A DNA stretch of 55,159 nt, filler included, from Bipalium vagum (lineage: Eukaryota), in assembly GCA_037834085.1 (NCBI GenBank). It is 3 parts of 3 records of this genome, joined end to end, with 100 filler letters (N's around TTAATTAATTAA, not from the genome) between each part and the next. Parts side by side here need not be neighbours in the genome. Positions count along the whole stretch, not along the records: positions 33,623 to 55,159 come from JBBMKC010233722.1; 2 more parts are not named here. The stretch is one strand, 5' to 3'. Both the position numbers and the translations under genes were made by a program. Of this stretch, positions 39,196 to 52,900 are shown one piece after another (within the stretch, counting starts at the first letter, position 1; each line of letters begins with the position of its first letter). Below the pieces are notes generated by a model. The model was not told the origin of the DNA. It saw nothing but the letters and a program-made list of their open reading frames with translations, and searched no databases.

Positions 39196-40069
39196 GATTA
39201 ATTGATTAATTTATATAATCAATATATAACTTATCAACAAAATTAGTTTTATTAAAACCATAACATTATGAGATTTAATATAATGAAAGTAAGTAAAACA
39301 GATGATTAACAGAAATCTAAAATAAAGAATAAAAATAATAATACATATTAATAATAATACCCTGTAAGTAATAATGATAATAACAATAATCAATAAAAAT
39401 AATAAATAACTACAATAATAATAATATTTATTTTTAAAATGAAAAATTTTTAATTTAATTGAAAATAATACGGGTGCATTTATTATAACCGAATTGTGAT
39501 TGAGAAAAGAATTAAGAATCTCAACAAATTTATTACGAATCGATATTTTGAGAAATAAAAAAAAATATTATTTTATCAATAATAAAAAATACAAACAAAA
39601 TAAACCGAGTATTCATTTATAAAGTATAATGACCATTATGTAAACCTTGTGGCAATCAGATCAATTGTGTAATTCTGATAACAATCTTTAAGTATCATTT
39701 TATTTATTTGCTTAATTATTATTTTTCAATTTTCTATGAAAATCAATAATAAAAGTTTCAAAACATTGATTATTATTTTAAATTCAAGAAAAAAAATACA
39801 GAAAATACACGAAAAAAAAATCATAATTATTTATCAAAATATTTTTAATTTAAATGATAAAAAATACAGATAATTTATCAAAATAAAAAGTAATATTTCA
39901 CCGAAAACAAAATATTGATTATTTCACATTTGAAAGTAAATCAAAATGAAAAAAATTTAATATATATATATAATTTCAAAAATTAATTTCCAATTTTTAA
40001 TGTTTTAGTTTAAAAAATCGATTAATTTCACAAAAATTATATTTTGTTTTAACTAGCACTATTAAATAA

Positions 40070-43000
40070 ATGAAGGTGTTATTTGCGATTTTAATATCGA
40101 TCTTGCAAATTTTTGCAGGTTTTCCTTAAAAATATTATTATTATTATTTTTATTATTATTCTTGTGCAAACTAGAACCGATTGGCAAAAGAGATTTGGTT
40201 TTTCAGAAAATTATTCCCAATGAATCCAGACGCAATGAATATGTGATGTCGAGGGGACCCGTCAAGGTTGACGCCTATTCGAAACATCAGACGTTAATCT
40301 TCATAGAAAGGCTGCAACCCTTTAAATTTCAGTGCCGAACTTTGAAGTTGAAACCCGAAAATCCTGTTACAGGTGCCTATTTGTGTCTGAAGGAGACCTT
40401 GGAAAAAGCCGAGACCTGTTATGATGTTACATTGAGAAAAACCGTGGAGATTGGTAAAGCTCAATTCTCCATTAATTTCGATCGATCACAAGGTAAAATC
40501 ACAAGGCAGTTGACCATTTCATAAATAACATCGACAGGGTTTGATGCTGATCTGATTATGAGGAACTCTCGCCACATCCGTGGATTCCTTTACTGCAAAC
40601 TGGAAAATGCTTTCGATCATATAACTTCCAATTATATCGAAATTCAGAACCTGTTATTCCACGGCGATGGTAAGTGGATGGTGGCGATTCGTTGACCATA
40701 GCCAAAATGAACCGTTGTTTTCTTCTGTAGTATTTGCTGAGCGATTTGAAGTGAAAAGTTCCGGAGATCTGTCAAACATGAAAAATGGAAACATTTTTTC
40801 CTGTGGCCGGAATGAGTCTGGCAAGGAACCGACGGTCTCCAGCTGGGTTCGACCGTTTTTAAACCACCAGTTCGTGTGGCTTTTTTGCGAAGATAAAAAT
40901 GCTAATGAACAATGCACGAAGCCTGTGGAATATGTTCTGAAGGAGAATGAGCAGTTTAAAATCTTCTCTAATTGTAATCGCACTTGAGAGACTTAAAAGA
41001 CTGATAATCATATTAATTAGATTCCATCCAACTGTTCCAAAGCTCATTTAGAAGCCTTGATACCATTCGTCTCCAGTGCAGTAGAAAGAATACAATGTAC
41101 TATGCTTCCCACACCATATCCAAAGATCCAGACCAGTCAAAGGATTTCTCACAACAGATCTCCGTGCACAGTCCGCTAATGAATGATCTCCAAATTCGAG
41201 AAGGACGTGTAAATATTATTCAATAACATGGATAATGGAATTAAGACAATTATGTTCAGTGGACAACCGGAAGTTACAAGTTGTCAGCTTCGTATGAAAG
41301 TGAATCCGTTTCATTTACATGGAAAAAAGATGATGCCCCGGTGTCGGATGAGTTTCGAATCGATACGCATAAACTGGTTTTCCCCAATGTTATAAAACCT
41401 TCTCACGCAGGCAAATACGTGTTGACAGTAACGAGCGTGTATCCACCGGATGTTGTCAAGTTCGAGTACCATGTGGACGTTGTTTCCACACCAACCATAT
41501 TGCCAGGATATGAAGTTCCCAGCTTAATCTATGTCATGTCGGGAAAATCGATTAATTTGAAAACTCGGTTTCATGTCAACACGAAAAACATTGTAAGATC
41601 TTTTAATTGTCATTCCAGACAGAAAACTGTTGATGGATGATCTTTGTTGTTCAGTCTTTAGAGATCAACGATATTGCCATTTCATTATCGAACAAAACTC
41701 AACAGTTGGCCGATCTGAGCAAGTTCAGAACGAAGTATTCATACCTTTCGGAAATGATCATCAATTTGCGGAATAACGACAAAAAATCTTATAAAGAAGT
41801 CAGTTACAATGTCGAAAAGATACGAGGGTTGTGGCTAAAGAAAGGTCATTCTCATCGAGTAACATTCATTGGGTTCAATGATATTGGTGTTACCAGAGTC
41901 AGTACGTTGATCAAGGCACTTGGTAAGGTCTCTTTGCAGTTGATGGGACGAATCTTTGGCGTCCAATGATTTAAAACGTTATTATCCATTTGATTAACAA
42001 TAATCACAATTAATAAAAATCAATGACATAAAGAAGAATGTTAATTAATATTCATTCTGGGTGTTGCATAATCACCTCGTGATACCGGAACTTGTACTTA
42101 CGATATCACTTCCGTGTGTTCCCTGTCTTTAGTTATATAAACATTCCTTTTGTTTTGTGTTAGTACGTTCGAAGAGAAGTCATTGTGAAGGTTTTATGTC
42201 ACCGACCATTGACAGCATTACCAAGATTAATCTTAATCGCGTATTTCTTTTTGTTTAGAAAAACCTAAATGGAAAATAAGTCTCGACACATACGAATGCA
42301 ACGAGAACTGCTTCAGTGACGAATCTCACTCCTTCAGATGTGCCATCTATTCAGAAGAATATACGGAGATCGGGTTAACAGTCAAATATGTGTGGAGAAT
42401 AAACGGAATCAATGTTGAGACTTTGTTCAGTGCAGAACAAAAACTGGCGTACTTCAATGTCAGCCAAGATTCGGTAAGTCGACATCAGAAGTCATTTGTA
42501 AAATGTTTTGACCCATTTCTCAGTTCATCATAAACAAAATATCCACCTCAAACAACATTCGGGATTTGAGAGTGATAGAGAAACTCCAAAATGCAACACT
42601 GTCCTGTTCCGTTGTTATCCTCATGCCAGAGGAGGATGTTGATGGAAGTCTAAAATTCACAGAAATATACAACAGTTGGAACGATCTTCTGTCTAATTCC
42701 AGTTCACAGATAAACATAAACATGATTGCAAAAAATGTTCTTCAAAGTAAGTCTAGGTGGTCTCGGTTGAAAGTTCTCAAACTTGTGATTTTAGGTGGCT
42801 CGATCAGTCTGGTCTGGATAATCTGTGTTCCTTTGATCGTTATTACAGTTATCACAACAATCGTTGTCTGTTGCTGCTATTTTAGTTCTTCGGGCAAAAC
42901 TTATGACAGTCAGTGTTAAATTCATCACATTCCCCGTTTATGTTTTCATCTAGTCGAGCACAACGAGAAGATCGCTGGTAAAGATCCTGAACAAGAAAAT

Positions 43001-43284
43001 TTCGACACCCTTTATTTTAAGCCTTATAACAGAGAGTAACCCTTTGTTTCAATCGAATTTGCTTTATTTCTTTTTCTTTCAGAGAAGAAGCGGAGACTGT
43101 GATCGATGATGATCAGCTGTCTTGGAACGAGCATAGCTTCAAGACGGAAATCATGGATAATAGTAACTGTGATGTTGGGAATTGTAAAATGTGTTCAGAA
43201 TCGTATTATTGTTATTAACATATCTTTGTAGACGACTGTGAAGGTTCCACTTTCGGTCAGTGTATAATGAATAACAGAGAATAA
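40070..43284 (+). CDS. Divergent immunoglobulin-superfamily single-pass membrane protein (~760 aa, ~13 exons) with L1CAM/neuroglian-like cytoplasmic tail
   Basis: Signal peptide MKVLFAILISILQIFA (40070-40118); phase-consistent GT-AG introns; Ig-like segments (FTWKKDD...HAGKYVLTV; FRCAI...YVWRING...ATLSCSV); TM ISLVWIICVPLIVITVITTIVVCCC; tail GKTYDIEHNEKIAGKDPE...NDCEGSTFGQCI; stop TAA 43282-43284. Some internal exon borders are approximate. Confidence 0.8.
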
Positions 43285-44657
43285 GTTGTGAGATGTATAC
43301 TTTTCAGAAGCATTTAATCAAATAGTTCCAAATTTAAAACGAATATTTTGCAAAAAAATAATTTCCACATTGATTGTTTTATGAATATAATTATGAAAAA
43401 TTGTTCTTATTTATCTGCGTGATATTTTTTCTTTAAAAAATTGATTAAAATAGCAATGTATTTAATCTGTCAATGTTTGGTACCACTTGGACCGAACGTT
43501 TTTTCCAAATTATAAAGAGTTCATGAAAACAAAAGTCAATATTTAAATTTTATTAACAAAATTTAGAGGTGTTCAAATTAACAGGTTTCACTGCATTTTG
43601 ATAAAAGAAAGACTTCTCATATTTTAATATTGTTAATTCTTCCTTTATAACACCCCCTTTATCTGGCTCATTCATTATAGATTCTTGTATTACACAAAAG
43701 AAAAACCAATAAACCAATGCAATAATATTAATATATACTTAGAATAACACAAATAATCCATGCAACTCTGTATCAAGTATAATACTATGCAAGGAAATCA
43801 ACTCGAACTTCATAAAATTAACGTATATTATTGATATCAATACTAAATAAGAAAACGAGTATAATTAAAATAAACCAATAAAGGTACTAATATTAATAGT
43901 AGTAAAGTAGATATTCAGTCGAGCTCCATGGGATCCAAATGTAATACTGTTGTGTCATCTTCAAAATATGGAAAACCAATTGTGTAATAACCTGGTGTAA
44001 ACATTTTTTTGACGAAAAATGATTTTCTCGAATAACTAGGAAATTTTCGGACAAATTGTATAAATAAAGTCTTGATAGACACATAATAATAAAAAATAAC
44101 AAAAGTGTCCTTCATTCTTCTTACAAACAATACCAAACAAAACATCTCTCAAAATTAAACAGTAAAATAGACACTTAACTTTTATGTTTTTCGGCTACTC
44201 GATTACATGGAATCCCATTTTTATATTGTGATCAATCCAAAAATCTTGAGAGGTAACATTTTATTTCACCTTCTGTTCTAATAATTCTTTCGAGAAGAGA
44301 TGATTTCAAAAATTATCCATATTCAATCTTGACTCTTCGTAACTAAATAATTTTATTATTATCAAACCCTTATTAGTGGCCTTGGGTTACTTTAACACGG
44401 GTCCATTTATGTGTCTCATGTTCTCCAATCCCCTAACAATTTTTCAATAAATTTATTTTTATTATGAAGCCGTCAGCTTAATTTGTTAATTATAAATTTT
44501 ATTCCGTCAAAAATTTAATATTTTAACAAAATTAAAAATATTTTTGTGCTTCACATTGATAACACCACTATAAAAATAAAAAATAAAAAATTGAAAATTT
44601 TTTTCACGAACAGTTATTGTTCCTTATAAAATCAAATTTCAGTTTTAAACCATTTTT

Positions 44658-45800
44658 GGATCATGTTTTTGTGACCCATCGTTCAAAAAAAAGATACATG
44701 AAAAACAAACACAAATAATTTTCGATTTACAAGTTTATTAAATAAAAAATTGATTGGCAATTCCTTGATTGAATATTTTGTCGCCACATCCATTCATATA
44801 GGTATGATTCCAAGATATCACTGTAGACGCCTTTCATTGACACGATCTTAGCCTTCAGTTTCCTCCACACCGATTCGATTTCTTGAGTGTCAGCACCATT
44901 GGGCACATCATTTTCATCTTTAGGCAGTTGGGAATAGGCTTTCCATTTATCACTCATAATGGAGCCACGCTCAACGATGCCCCGTATAATGGGTATTAAA
45001 GTAGAAGATTTTCTGTTTTCTACTAACTTCAAAAATATGTTTGCATTCTTGGAATCATCAACCATGCCAAAAACCCATATTCCATTATCAGGAGGACTCC
45101 ATTTAAGATTTTTTGGTTTGTATCTTAAATAATTAAATTAGTATGAAAATTAATAAAAATACATAAAATTACCGATCTAATGATTTGTCTATTTGAATTA
45201 CTCGTTCGGGTTCACCCATTCTTATTGGATTTTTCAAGAAAAAAAATCTCACATTTTTTCCTCATTTCTGCATAGAAATTAATAACCACAGATTTTGAAA
45301 CGCCTGTATCTTCAGTGGCTGACTTTTGATCTATCCAGGGCCCATAAATGTAATAAATGAATACATTTATTTAGAGATATTTTGAATTTTTCAAAAAAGG
45401 ATTTTCTTCTAATAGAAAAGTACCTATTGTAATTAATGCAATTTTTCGTGTAGCAAGGCCATGAAACACAATCGGAGTTTCTTTTTGATGTGCATTCACT
45501 GAATATTTTGCCACAACCATTGCATTCATCTAAACACATTAATATGGTAACATAAGTATTATAAAATACCTGATAGTAATAACAGACTTTTTTATCTTAA
45601 AAACAGAATTGCATCGGATGGAACACTCATCACTATGCTGTTTATTTAATTAATATCCATTTCTTTATTATCAACATGAAGAAGTTGAGTATTTATATAA
45701 AATAACATTGATCAGTAAAAAGTTACATTGTGTTATAGATCGGTTAAAAATGATACTTGATGTAATCGATTGGTCAAAAAAGATGTTAGTTAGTCAAAAG
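44658..45800 (-). mobile_element. Merlin (ISXO2/IS1595-like DDE) transposon, decayed, with intron-containing transposase
   Basis: TIR GGATCATGTTTTTGTGACC; N-terminal zinc ribbon (CNGCG...WPCYTKNC...SIRRKSFFEKFKISL); QIDKS|...WVFGMVD; STLIPII...GSIMSDKWKAYSQL; GADTQEIESVWRKLK; YLYEWMWR. Confidence 0.88.
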
Positions 45801-45829
45801 AAACAAATTTTAAAAACGAAACGAACCTA

Positions 45830-46400
45830 AAATTTTAAGTTGTCAGGATTTGAAAATTTGCGAAATAAACAAAAAGTGGTTCAATATAAAGAAGCCCATG
45901 AAAAAGTAAATGCTTCCAAAATCAAGAAATCATTCAATTTAAGGTATTTCTATCAGAAGCATACAAAGGCACTTCAAGTCTGGACGCTACAGATATTGCA
46001 GTGCGAAGTCCAAAATAATATTACTTAAGAAGCACAAGGAAACAAGATTTGGCATTATTACAAATTGGATCACAAGCAACCACCAATGGGATGTTACAAT
46101 GTTTACTGACGAGAAACGTTTTACTCTTTATGGTATGAATGACTAGAGAACATGTATATCGTGAAGTGAGCATGTGGTTCGATGTAAGAAGGAATGTAAA
46201 GGTGGGCTCAGGGTATAAATGATGTTAATACTCAATTATCTCCTATCATTTCAAACTATATGCTGAAAATTACCGTCAATAGTCTATTACATTAAACTTT
46301 AGGAAGAAAAATTATCTCGATAATTATGTTAAATTTTGACAAAGATTTCTTCCTTCAACAAGATAATGCTAACGTGCATCAAAGTGCTTCTAAAATTGTC
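45830..46400 (+). mobile_element. Tc1-like transposase fragment
   Basis: WDVTMFTDEKRFTLYG and FFLQQDNANVH motifs. Confidence 0.65.
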
Positions 46401-47395
46401 GCTGAGTATATTAACATGTTTTAGTTGATTTATTAGCATTTTCTGCTGCACTACTTCAATTTCATTGCAGTATGACTGAGCTGTGATCGTTGTCAACAGT
46501 GGTTGTGCAGTTGTATATGATAATTACCACTTAATATCTGAAAATATTTGTGTTGGTCTTTTGCTTAACCATCGTCCCATGCTAATTTAATATTTCTAGT
46601 TGCTTCTGGTGAATTCATATTGAAAGTAAATGCGAATAAGTTTTTCAACCATGTCATGAAAAATAACGTATAATTCTCAATCGAACTGCTTATTTTTAGA
46701 ATTATATAAAAGTCAAAATTAAAAAAATCAACTTCAAATTACCATATTAAAAAATTTCTTTAATAAAACTTCCTCAATTTCATTTGGAAAAATCTAATAA
46801 TAATAATTCCTACATCCTTGCTTCATTAATGTTGATATGAATTTGAGTACAGACGCCTTTAATTTTTCAACCTTATAAAACCTGAGTTATTCTAAATATT
46901 TACCAAAATTTAGAAATACGTAACCGTTTCACCATAAAAACATTACCTGATCATTATTGCTTAATTTATTCATATATTTGTTATTTCTAATATCTCAGTT
47001 ATTATCTTTAACATTTTTATTTTATCTTTTTCTATTTCTCATCATTAGGTGAACATATCATCCTTTTGCTGTTCCTCAATTCTTACATCTGATTTCATAT
47101 TGTCAACCGTTTCCTGATTAAAAAATGTCACAATTCCAATTAGAACATTTCATTGCAAACCAAATATTGAACAGACACAATTAATGATCTAAATTTAGTA
47201 CAAATTTTATATTTTCAATTTTTGTTACAAAACTGAATTTAAATGAATTTGAAAACTTAAAATCATTGATCATTTTAAAAGATGTAAAATAAAAGTCAGT
47301 CGAACTTCAAGCGAATGGAAATATACAAAATAATCACAAACGTATCGATCAAGAGAAATTGAAAGAAAAACAAAAGAACTTGAACGAGCAACAAA

Positions 47396-49775
47396 TTATA
47401 AATTGAACACAAAATCACTCAGATTCCTAGACTTAGACATATTCCTGAATTTCTGTTTCAACTTGTATTCGTTCTCGTCCCCATCATCGTTCACATCGAA
47501 CGGCCTCTTGAAGCCTCCAGATGATGATTTCTTTGATTGGACACTTTGAACATCATCGGCCTGTGGTGCCGGATTGGCCAGATATTTCCCGACCTTGTTG
47601 GACTTGGCCTGGTAAAACTGCTGACTGCCCTGGAGTCGTTTGGCATTCAAGAGTTCCTCTTCACGCTTGTTTTTCGGCTTCAAACTTTCATTGATTGGCG
47701 GATTGATCTTCTCCTGCTCCAATCGCTCTCTTTCCAATCGGATCTGTTCATCGACCTTAGCAAAGGGATCGACAAAAACTTCCGTGCCTAAAATCTCGAT
47801 GGGCTCAATCGGAACGTCTTTGTTGTCCGATTCGACCTTTTCGATTTCATCGAGAACTTTCAAGCCCCCAACAACCCTATCATGATAGAAACATACAAAA
47901 AGGGAAAATTAAATTATATAAAAACCGGAGCAGACAAAGACTTACTTTCCGAATATCGTGTGCTTCTTGTCCAATTGTTTCGCTGGACGTAACAGGATGA
48001 AACTAGATCACAAACGAACAGAGAAATATGAATCCAGATTTATGTCTATCAAAAACACATACAATTGTGACGTGTTTGTTCCGGGACCCAAATTGGCCAT
48101 GGACAGAAACCCACGAGCATTGTGGCTCAACTTCAACGAAATCTCGTCCCCGAAAGGTCGACCCCAAATCGATTGACCACCTGTTCCCGTTCCTGTCGGA
48201 TCGCCACCTTGCAAGACAAAATGACGAATCAAGCGATGGAACTTGGTATTGTTGTAATAATCGGTCAGACAAAGCTTGATAAAATTTTCGCAAGTTTTCG
48301 GCGCCATGTCACAGAACAATTCGAAATTGATTCGTCCAAAATTCGTGATTAATGAAACGTAACCTTTTTCCGTAACACGCGAATATCGAACGGTATCGTC
48401 GTCCAAGACAGCGGTTTCGTTTATGTACGCTACAGGAGCGATGGTCGACGTGAACGAGGCCGATACTTTCCCGGTGGAGTAATTGGCCTGTAAGAAATGG
48501 TAGAAAAACGATAACAACTGTTTCAAAATTGATAGTTCAAAGCAATTTTATGGATTGTTCTGTTTTTCAACAAAGTAATTTCACCGATTGAATAATAGTT
48601 ACTTTTGTTTTAAAAAAACTATAAAATTCAAAAAACTCAATAATTACAAAACCATCGAAAACAAAATATTGATTTTGACTAGAAAAAATTCCCATATCAT
48701 GACGATTCTTACCTCATTGATTTTATCCTTGTAAACCGCTTCGCCCTCTTTCTTTGGCAAGGTTTTTTTCTGAAAATCGATTTTAAAATCAACAATTCAA
48801 TGGGGCAGATAAGAAAACTTTGATCGATTCTCCAACTTCCTTCAGCGTTTCGGCGGCCAATGCACTCTGGACACGGATCGTAGGACCGGCTTGATCTGTG
48901 AAAGTCAACAGTAAATGTATGACATTGAAACTCAACCAGAATGAGGGTAAAAAAAGAAATCTCGTTACCTTTCTGATCGTTGTCCTGATTCATGTGATAG
49001 AAAGTGGACATGTTGAACTTATCGAGATTTTCTGGGTCTTGAATAACAATCAGCTCCTTTTTGGTGAACTCGTCCTTTGTTAGGGGATCGAACCATTGAT
49101 CGGCCTTGAGATTGGAGACAGTTAAGCCCTAAATCAAAAGAGAGAAATCATTTGTTCTGTATTGAGAGCGATGTGTATTTGTCTCACTTCCATCGAGTAC
49201 ACATGACCCGTGTTAGGAACGGCAACTATGTGAGAGTTATCATTGAATGGCTTATAGGTTATCGGGCAGTGATACTCTCCCTCGATGTTCTTGTGGAATG
49301 TCAGTCTGATCAAATTCTTCAGTTGCAATTTCTGAATTATTCAGTGATAAAATAGATTGTACTAAGTGTGACTCGATACTTTTCCCGTCACTGGATTGAT
49401 TTTGTGCTTTTTGATATATTCAAGAATGTTTCTGATAAAAAAATTCAAAATTGCACTAAGCAAACAAATTTATATAGTAATTTACTGATATTCGAAAACG
49501 ATCCCTTCTTTAGTACAGCATGGGTTTTTTGTTTGATCAAATTTGAGACTGGGTTAAAATTTATTTTATTTACTGTAAGATTTTTAATTTATCTACCTGC
49601 AACAATAATATGGTAACCGACGAAATCTATTTTTATTTGATTCGACATTTTTCTTACCACCATATAATGTTTTCCATTCTGTACATGTCATCCATCTAAG
49701 ATTAATTATATATTTCTTATGACTTTAAAATAAGATTGTTTACAATTTATCTCTCTGATGTTGTTTTTTACCCAT
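47396..49775 (-). CDS. PPIL2: Peptidyl-prolyl cis-trans isomerase-like 2 (U-box/RING + cyclophilin, Cyp60), 11 exons
   Basis: Spliced protein MGKKQHQRDKL|WMTCTEWKTLYGGKK...FRRLPYYCCS|L...NPCCTKEGIVFE|...INPVTGK|KL...YHCPITYKPFNDNSHIVAV..TGHVYS|...IQDPENLDKFNMSTFYH...|ANYSTGKVSASFTST...APKTCENFIKLC...FHRLIRHFVLQGGDPTGTGTGGQSIWG...|LDKKHTIFGK|VVGG...VFVDPF follows PPIL2 throughout. Confidence 0.96.
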
Positions 49776-51352
49776 TGTGATTTCTTATTTTAAAAATTGA
49801 TAAAAAATAATATTGTATAATAATTATTAAAACAATATAAAAAATTGAATATAAACACTTAATTAAAATTAAATTTGAATATCAAAATCTGTATGTACTG
49901 AAGTTAATATCAAATGATATCATTAGGTTTACAATTTACTACTATTACTACTATTTACTACAATTCACCAAAACATATTTTTTAATAACCGCAACATTAA
50001 GAATATTTAAGATGATATTAACATAATTTTGGAAATTAATTAGTAGGGTTTAACATCTTAATAAAACATTTGTAACGTAGGAATTATAGCAGATGTGGAT
50101 AAATAGTGAAATAAGGAAATAGGTAAAGGTAAGTTGAATATATAGATAAAAATGTGATTTACATAACGAGAAAATATTTGTTACAGCATATATTTTAACG
50201 TCTACGGTAAAAAAACATCCATGTATTGATAAATTAGGATCATACATATAAAATTTATATTTAAGAATTTTTATATTTATATGTTGCAGAATAATTTTGT
50301 AACTCATAAAATAAACTAACTATATATTTTTCATTATAATTTTAAGATCTTAAATGCGATAATATAGCTTTTTGTCTTTTAAAATTCATATAAAAATGTT
50401 CAACCATTTGTTTTATTTAATATTTTAAAATGATTTTTGGATTTTTATTAATTTGTTAAAGTTACTTTTCTTTGAAAATATTTATCACATATTTCACAAT
50501 AAAAGCTCGTATTTATCTAATCTGTTCAATATCTAATATCTCAAATTTAAACTGACTCAAATTCTATTAGGCTGTGCAATCTACAACAATAAGTAAAGCA
50601 AGAACGTGTATATATATTAAAATGTACAAATACTACTAGCAAGATAGCAAATGTGAAATTTTATCAAATCGTCAAAAAGATTCCAAATTACAATGATAGC
50701 AATCACCAAGTTGTCAAATCAGTAAGAGAATAAAATTACGAGTATGAAAATAAAACCACAAATTTGTCTAATAAAACATTGATACAATTCTTCAAATAAT
50801 CAAATGTTAACAAAACACAACTATTACATTATAATAATTAAAAATCAATTAATCAATAATTAAATGTTAAATTAATAAAATGAAAAAAATTTTATAAATA
50901 AAAAACAGATAATAAAAGAAAAAACCTTGTGAAAAAACTTCTTTCCAGAATTTTAAACAGTCAGAAACTATGGGGTTGCTCAGAGATATCTCTCTGATGG
51001 TTAAGCCGAACACAATCCCCAGATAAACTTCATAATATATCTGGTATAATACCGTTGCGGTAACGATTTTCAATTTCGTCTTTTTTGTAAAAATAGTCTT
51101 TGTTCTCTTTTTTTTGTTGCTCTATCACTATATATTATTTTCAATAATTCCTGAATTTGCGGAACTCGCTTAAATTATCTTGACAATTGTTAAAATTGTT
51201 TCTATATCTATCTTAATTTCCTCAACTTATTATCAGCAACCCTTGATATCTTTGAAAAGCCTTTTACAAAAATAATTGGAGCAACTTAAGTTGTTTCACC
51301 TCCTGTTTTATCTAGTTAATTAAATTCAATTAAATAATGGTCATTTGAAATA

Positions 51353-51780
51353 TACAGTGCACAACGGTTACATCGAAGTTGTGGGGAACTCCAAAATACT
51401 TCGATGTAAACGAAAAAAATTAAAAAATAAATAAAAATTAACATTTTAAACTATTTATTTATGAAAATAGTCGAGTAAAGTCTTCTGAATTGGTCGAGAT
51501 TGTAGTATATCATTTTCCACAAGTTCTTCTACCTGTGACATTTTCGATTTTATATTGGTATAACCGTAAAATTCTTTGTTGGACAAAAATTTTAAGACAA
51601 CTCTCAAGTTTGTCATCGCTTCTTTACTTGTAACCTGGATATTTTCTAACAAATAGCTGTCCATTGATGTTGTAGCTTTATTTTCATCATCATTCATATC
51701 ATTTCATAATTTTCTATCGGTTTCCATAATAAACCTTATTTAGGTTATGTCTTGGGTAAACGAAACAGATCAGTCATTTT
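51353..51780 (-). mobile_element. Tigger/pogo 3' fragment
   Basis: TA|CAGTGCACAACGGTTACATCGAAGTTGTGGGG TIR; C-terminus VTSKEAMTNLRVVLKFL...IQKTLLDYFHK. Confidence 0.65.
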
Positions 51781-51899
51781 TTTGGATTAAAAAGTTTATT
51801 AAATTAAAATTGGTTTTTTTGTTTTATTAATTGAAACTTTTTATTGATATTTTAGATAAATTTATTAAAATTCAAAAAAATTAAAGTGATTTTAAGGTT

Positions 51900-52450
51900 T
51901 GCGTTCTATGTTGGAAATTAAAACAATACTTTTGCTTCAAAGTCAGCAATAGGAGTTCATGCGGAACATTCCCGAAAGCGTCCGCTTTATCCGTCCAGCA
52001 CACGTGACACTAATAACTATAATGTATCACTGTGCTCACAAAACGTTCTTAAATATTCAATGATTTTTAATTTCGATGGATAAGATCCCTTATTAGTATT
52101 CTAGAATTTATAATGAGAGTAAAGAATCTATAGGATTTATATTTCACCGATATAAGTCTATAATGATACTAAGTGCGAAGCACCATCCATGCTTCTCTAA
52201 AAATTTGTCATTCTGAACTTCTTCCACAATGGGGAATTTTTCTAGTCATAACTATAAATTATATACCTCTGTCAAAAACCCGTGATCAAGGTTTTATTAT
52301 CCAACCTACCACTCTGACCAGTTTCATCTTAATACTATTTAAGGTCTGTTGTAAAGGCTTGATCCTTTAAGCAATAGCCGATGGAATAATTGTTGATAAA
52401 ATGCACAAAATTATTACAATTCTAGTCTTCACTGAACGGATAATATCAAG
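51900..52450 (-). mobile_element. Non-LTR retrotransposon reverse transcriptase fragment (RLE-type, R2/NeSL-like)
   Basis: CHVCWTDKADAFGNVPHELLLLTLK matches the WxDxxNAFGSVPHxLI RT motif of RLE-clade LINEs. Confidence 0.65.
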
Positions 52451-52900
52451 AGAAGTTCATTATGGAAGAACATAAATATTGGAAATTTTTTGAGATACTT
52501 ATGAAAATCTTTCTGGTTTACACCCAATTCACTTCGATCTGGATCCAGGATGAATATCTGGTGGGATTAATTATCCACTATAAAGAGGATCCGATGTTTC
52601 TCCTTCAAGTGTTTCACAAAAATCAAAGCATATCGCACAAAATTGAAAAACTATAGACATTGTTTTTCATTGACAATTTAAAGCTACGTACCATACAGCT
52701 TCCACTGAGTTGCTCTATGTAAAGCTTCAAGAATGGTGACAAAATCCGACTTGTCGAAAATTTTTTGCAGATAAACGTTTTATGAAAGGAATTTTTATGC
52801 TTCCAGAAAAATGGCAAAAGTTCCTTGTCAACAATAGACAATTCATAATTTAATAAAAAATCTATGGCTTGTTGTCTATTGTTTCTACAAAATGGTTAAT
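52450..52900 (+). mobile_element. Mariner C-terminal remnant
   Basis: PPYS remnant and NFFADKRFMKGIFMLPEKWQKFLVNNRQF. Confidence 0.6.

Noticed and set aside
47537-49616. Several plus-strand ORFs overlapping PPIL2 (and minus-strand ORFs over the IgSF gene)
   Set aside because: Antisense shadows of GC-richer coding exons, with no recognisable motifs.
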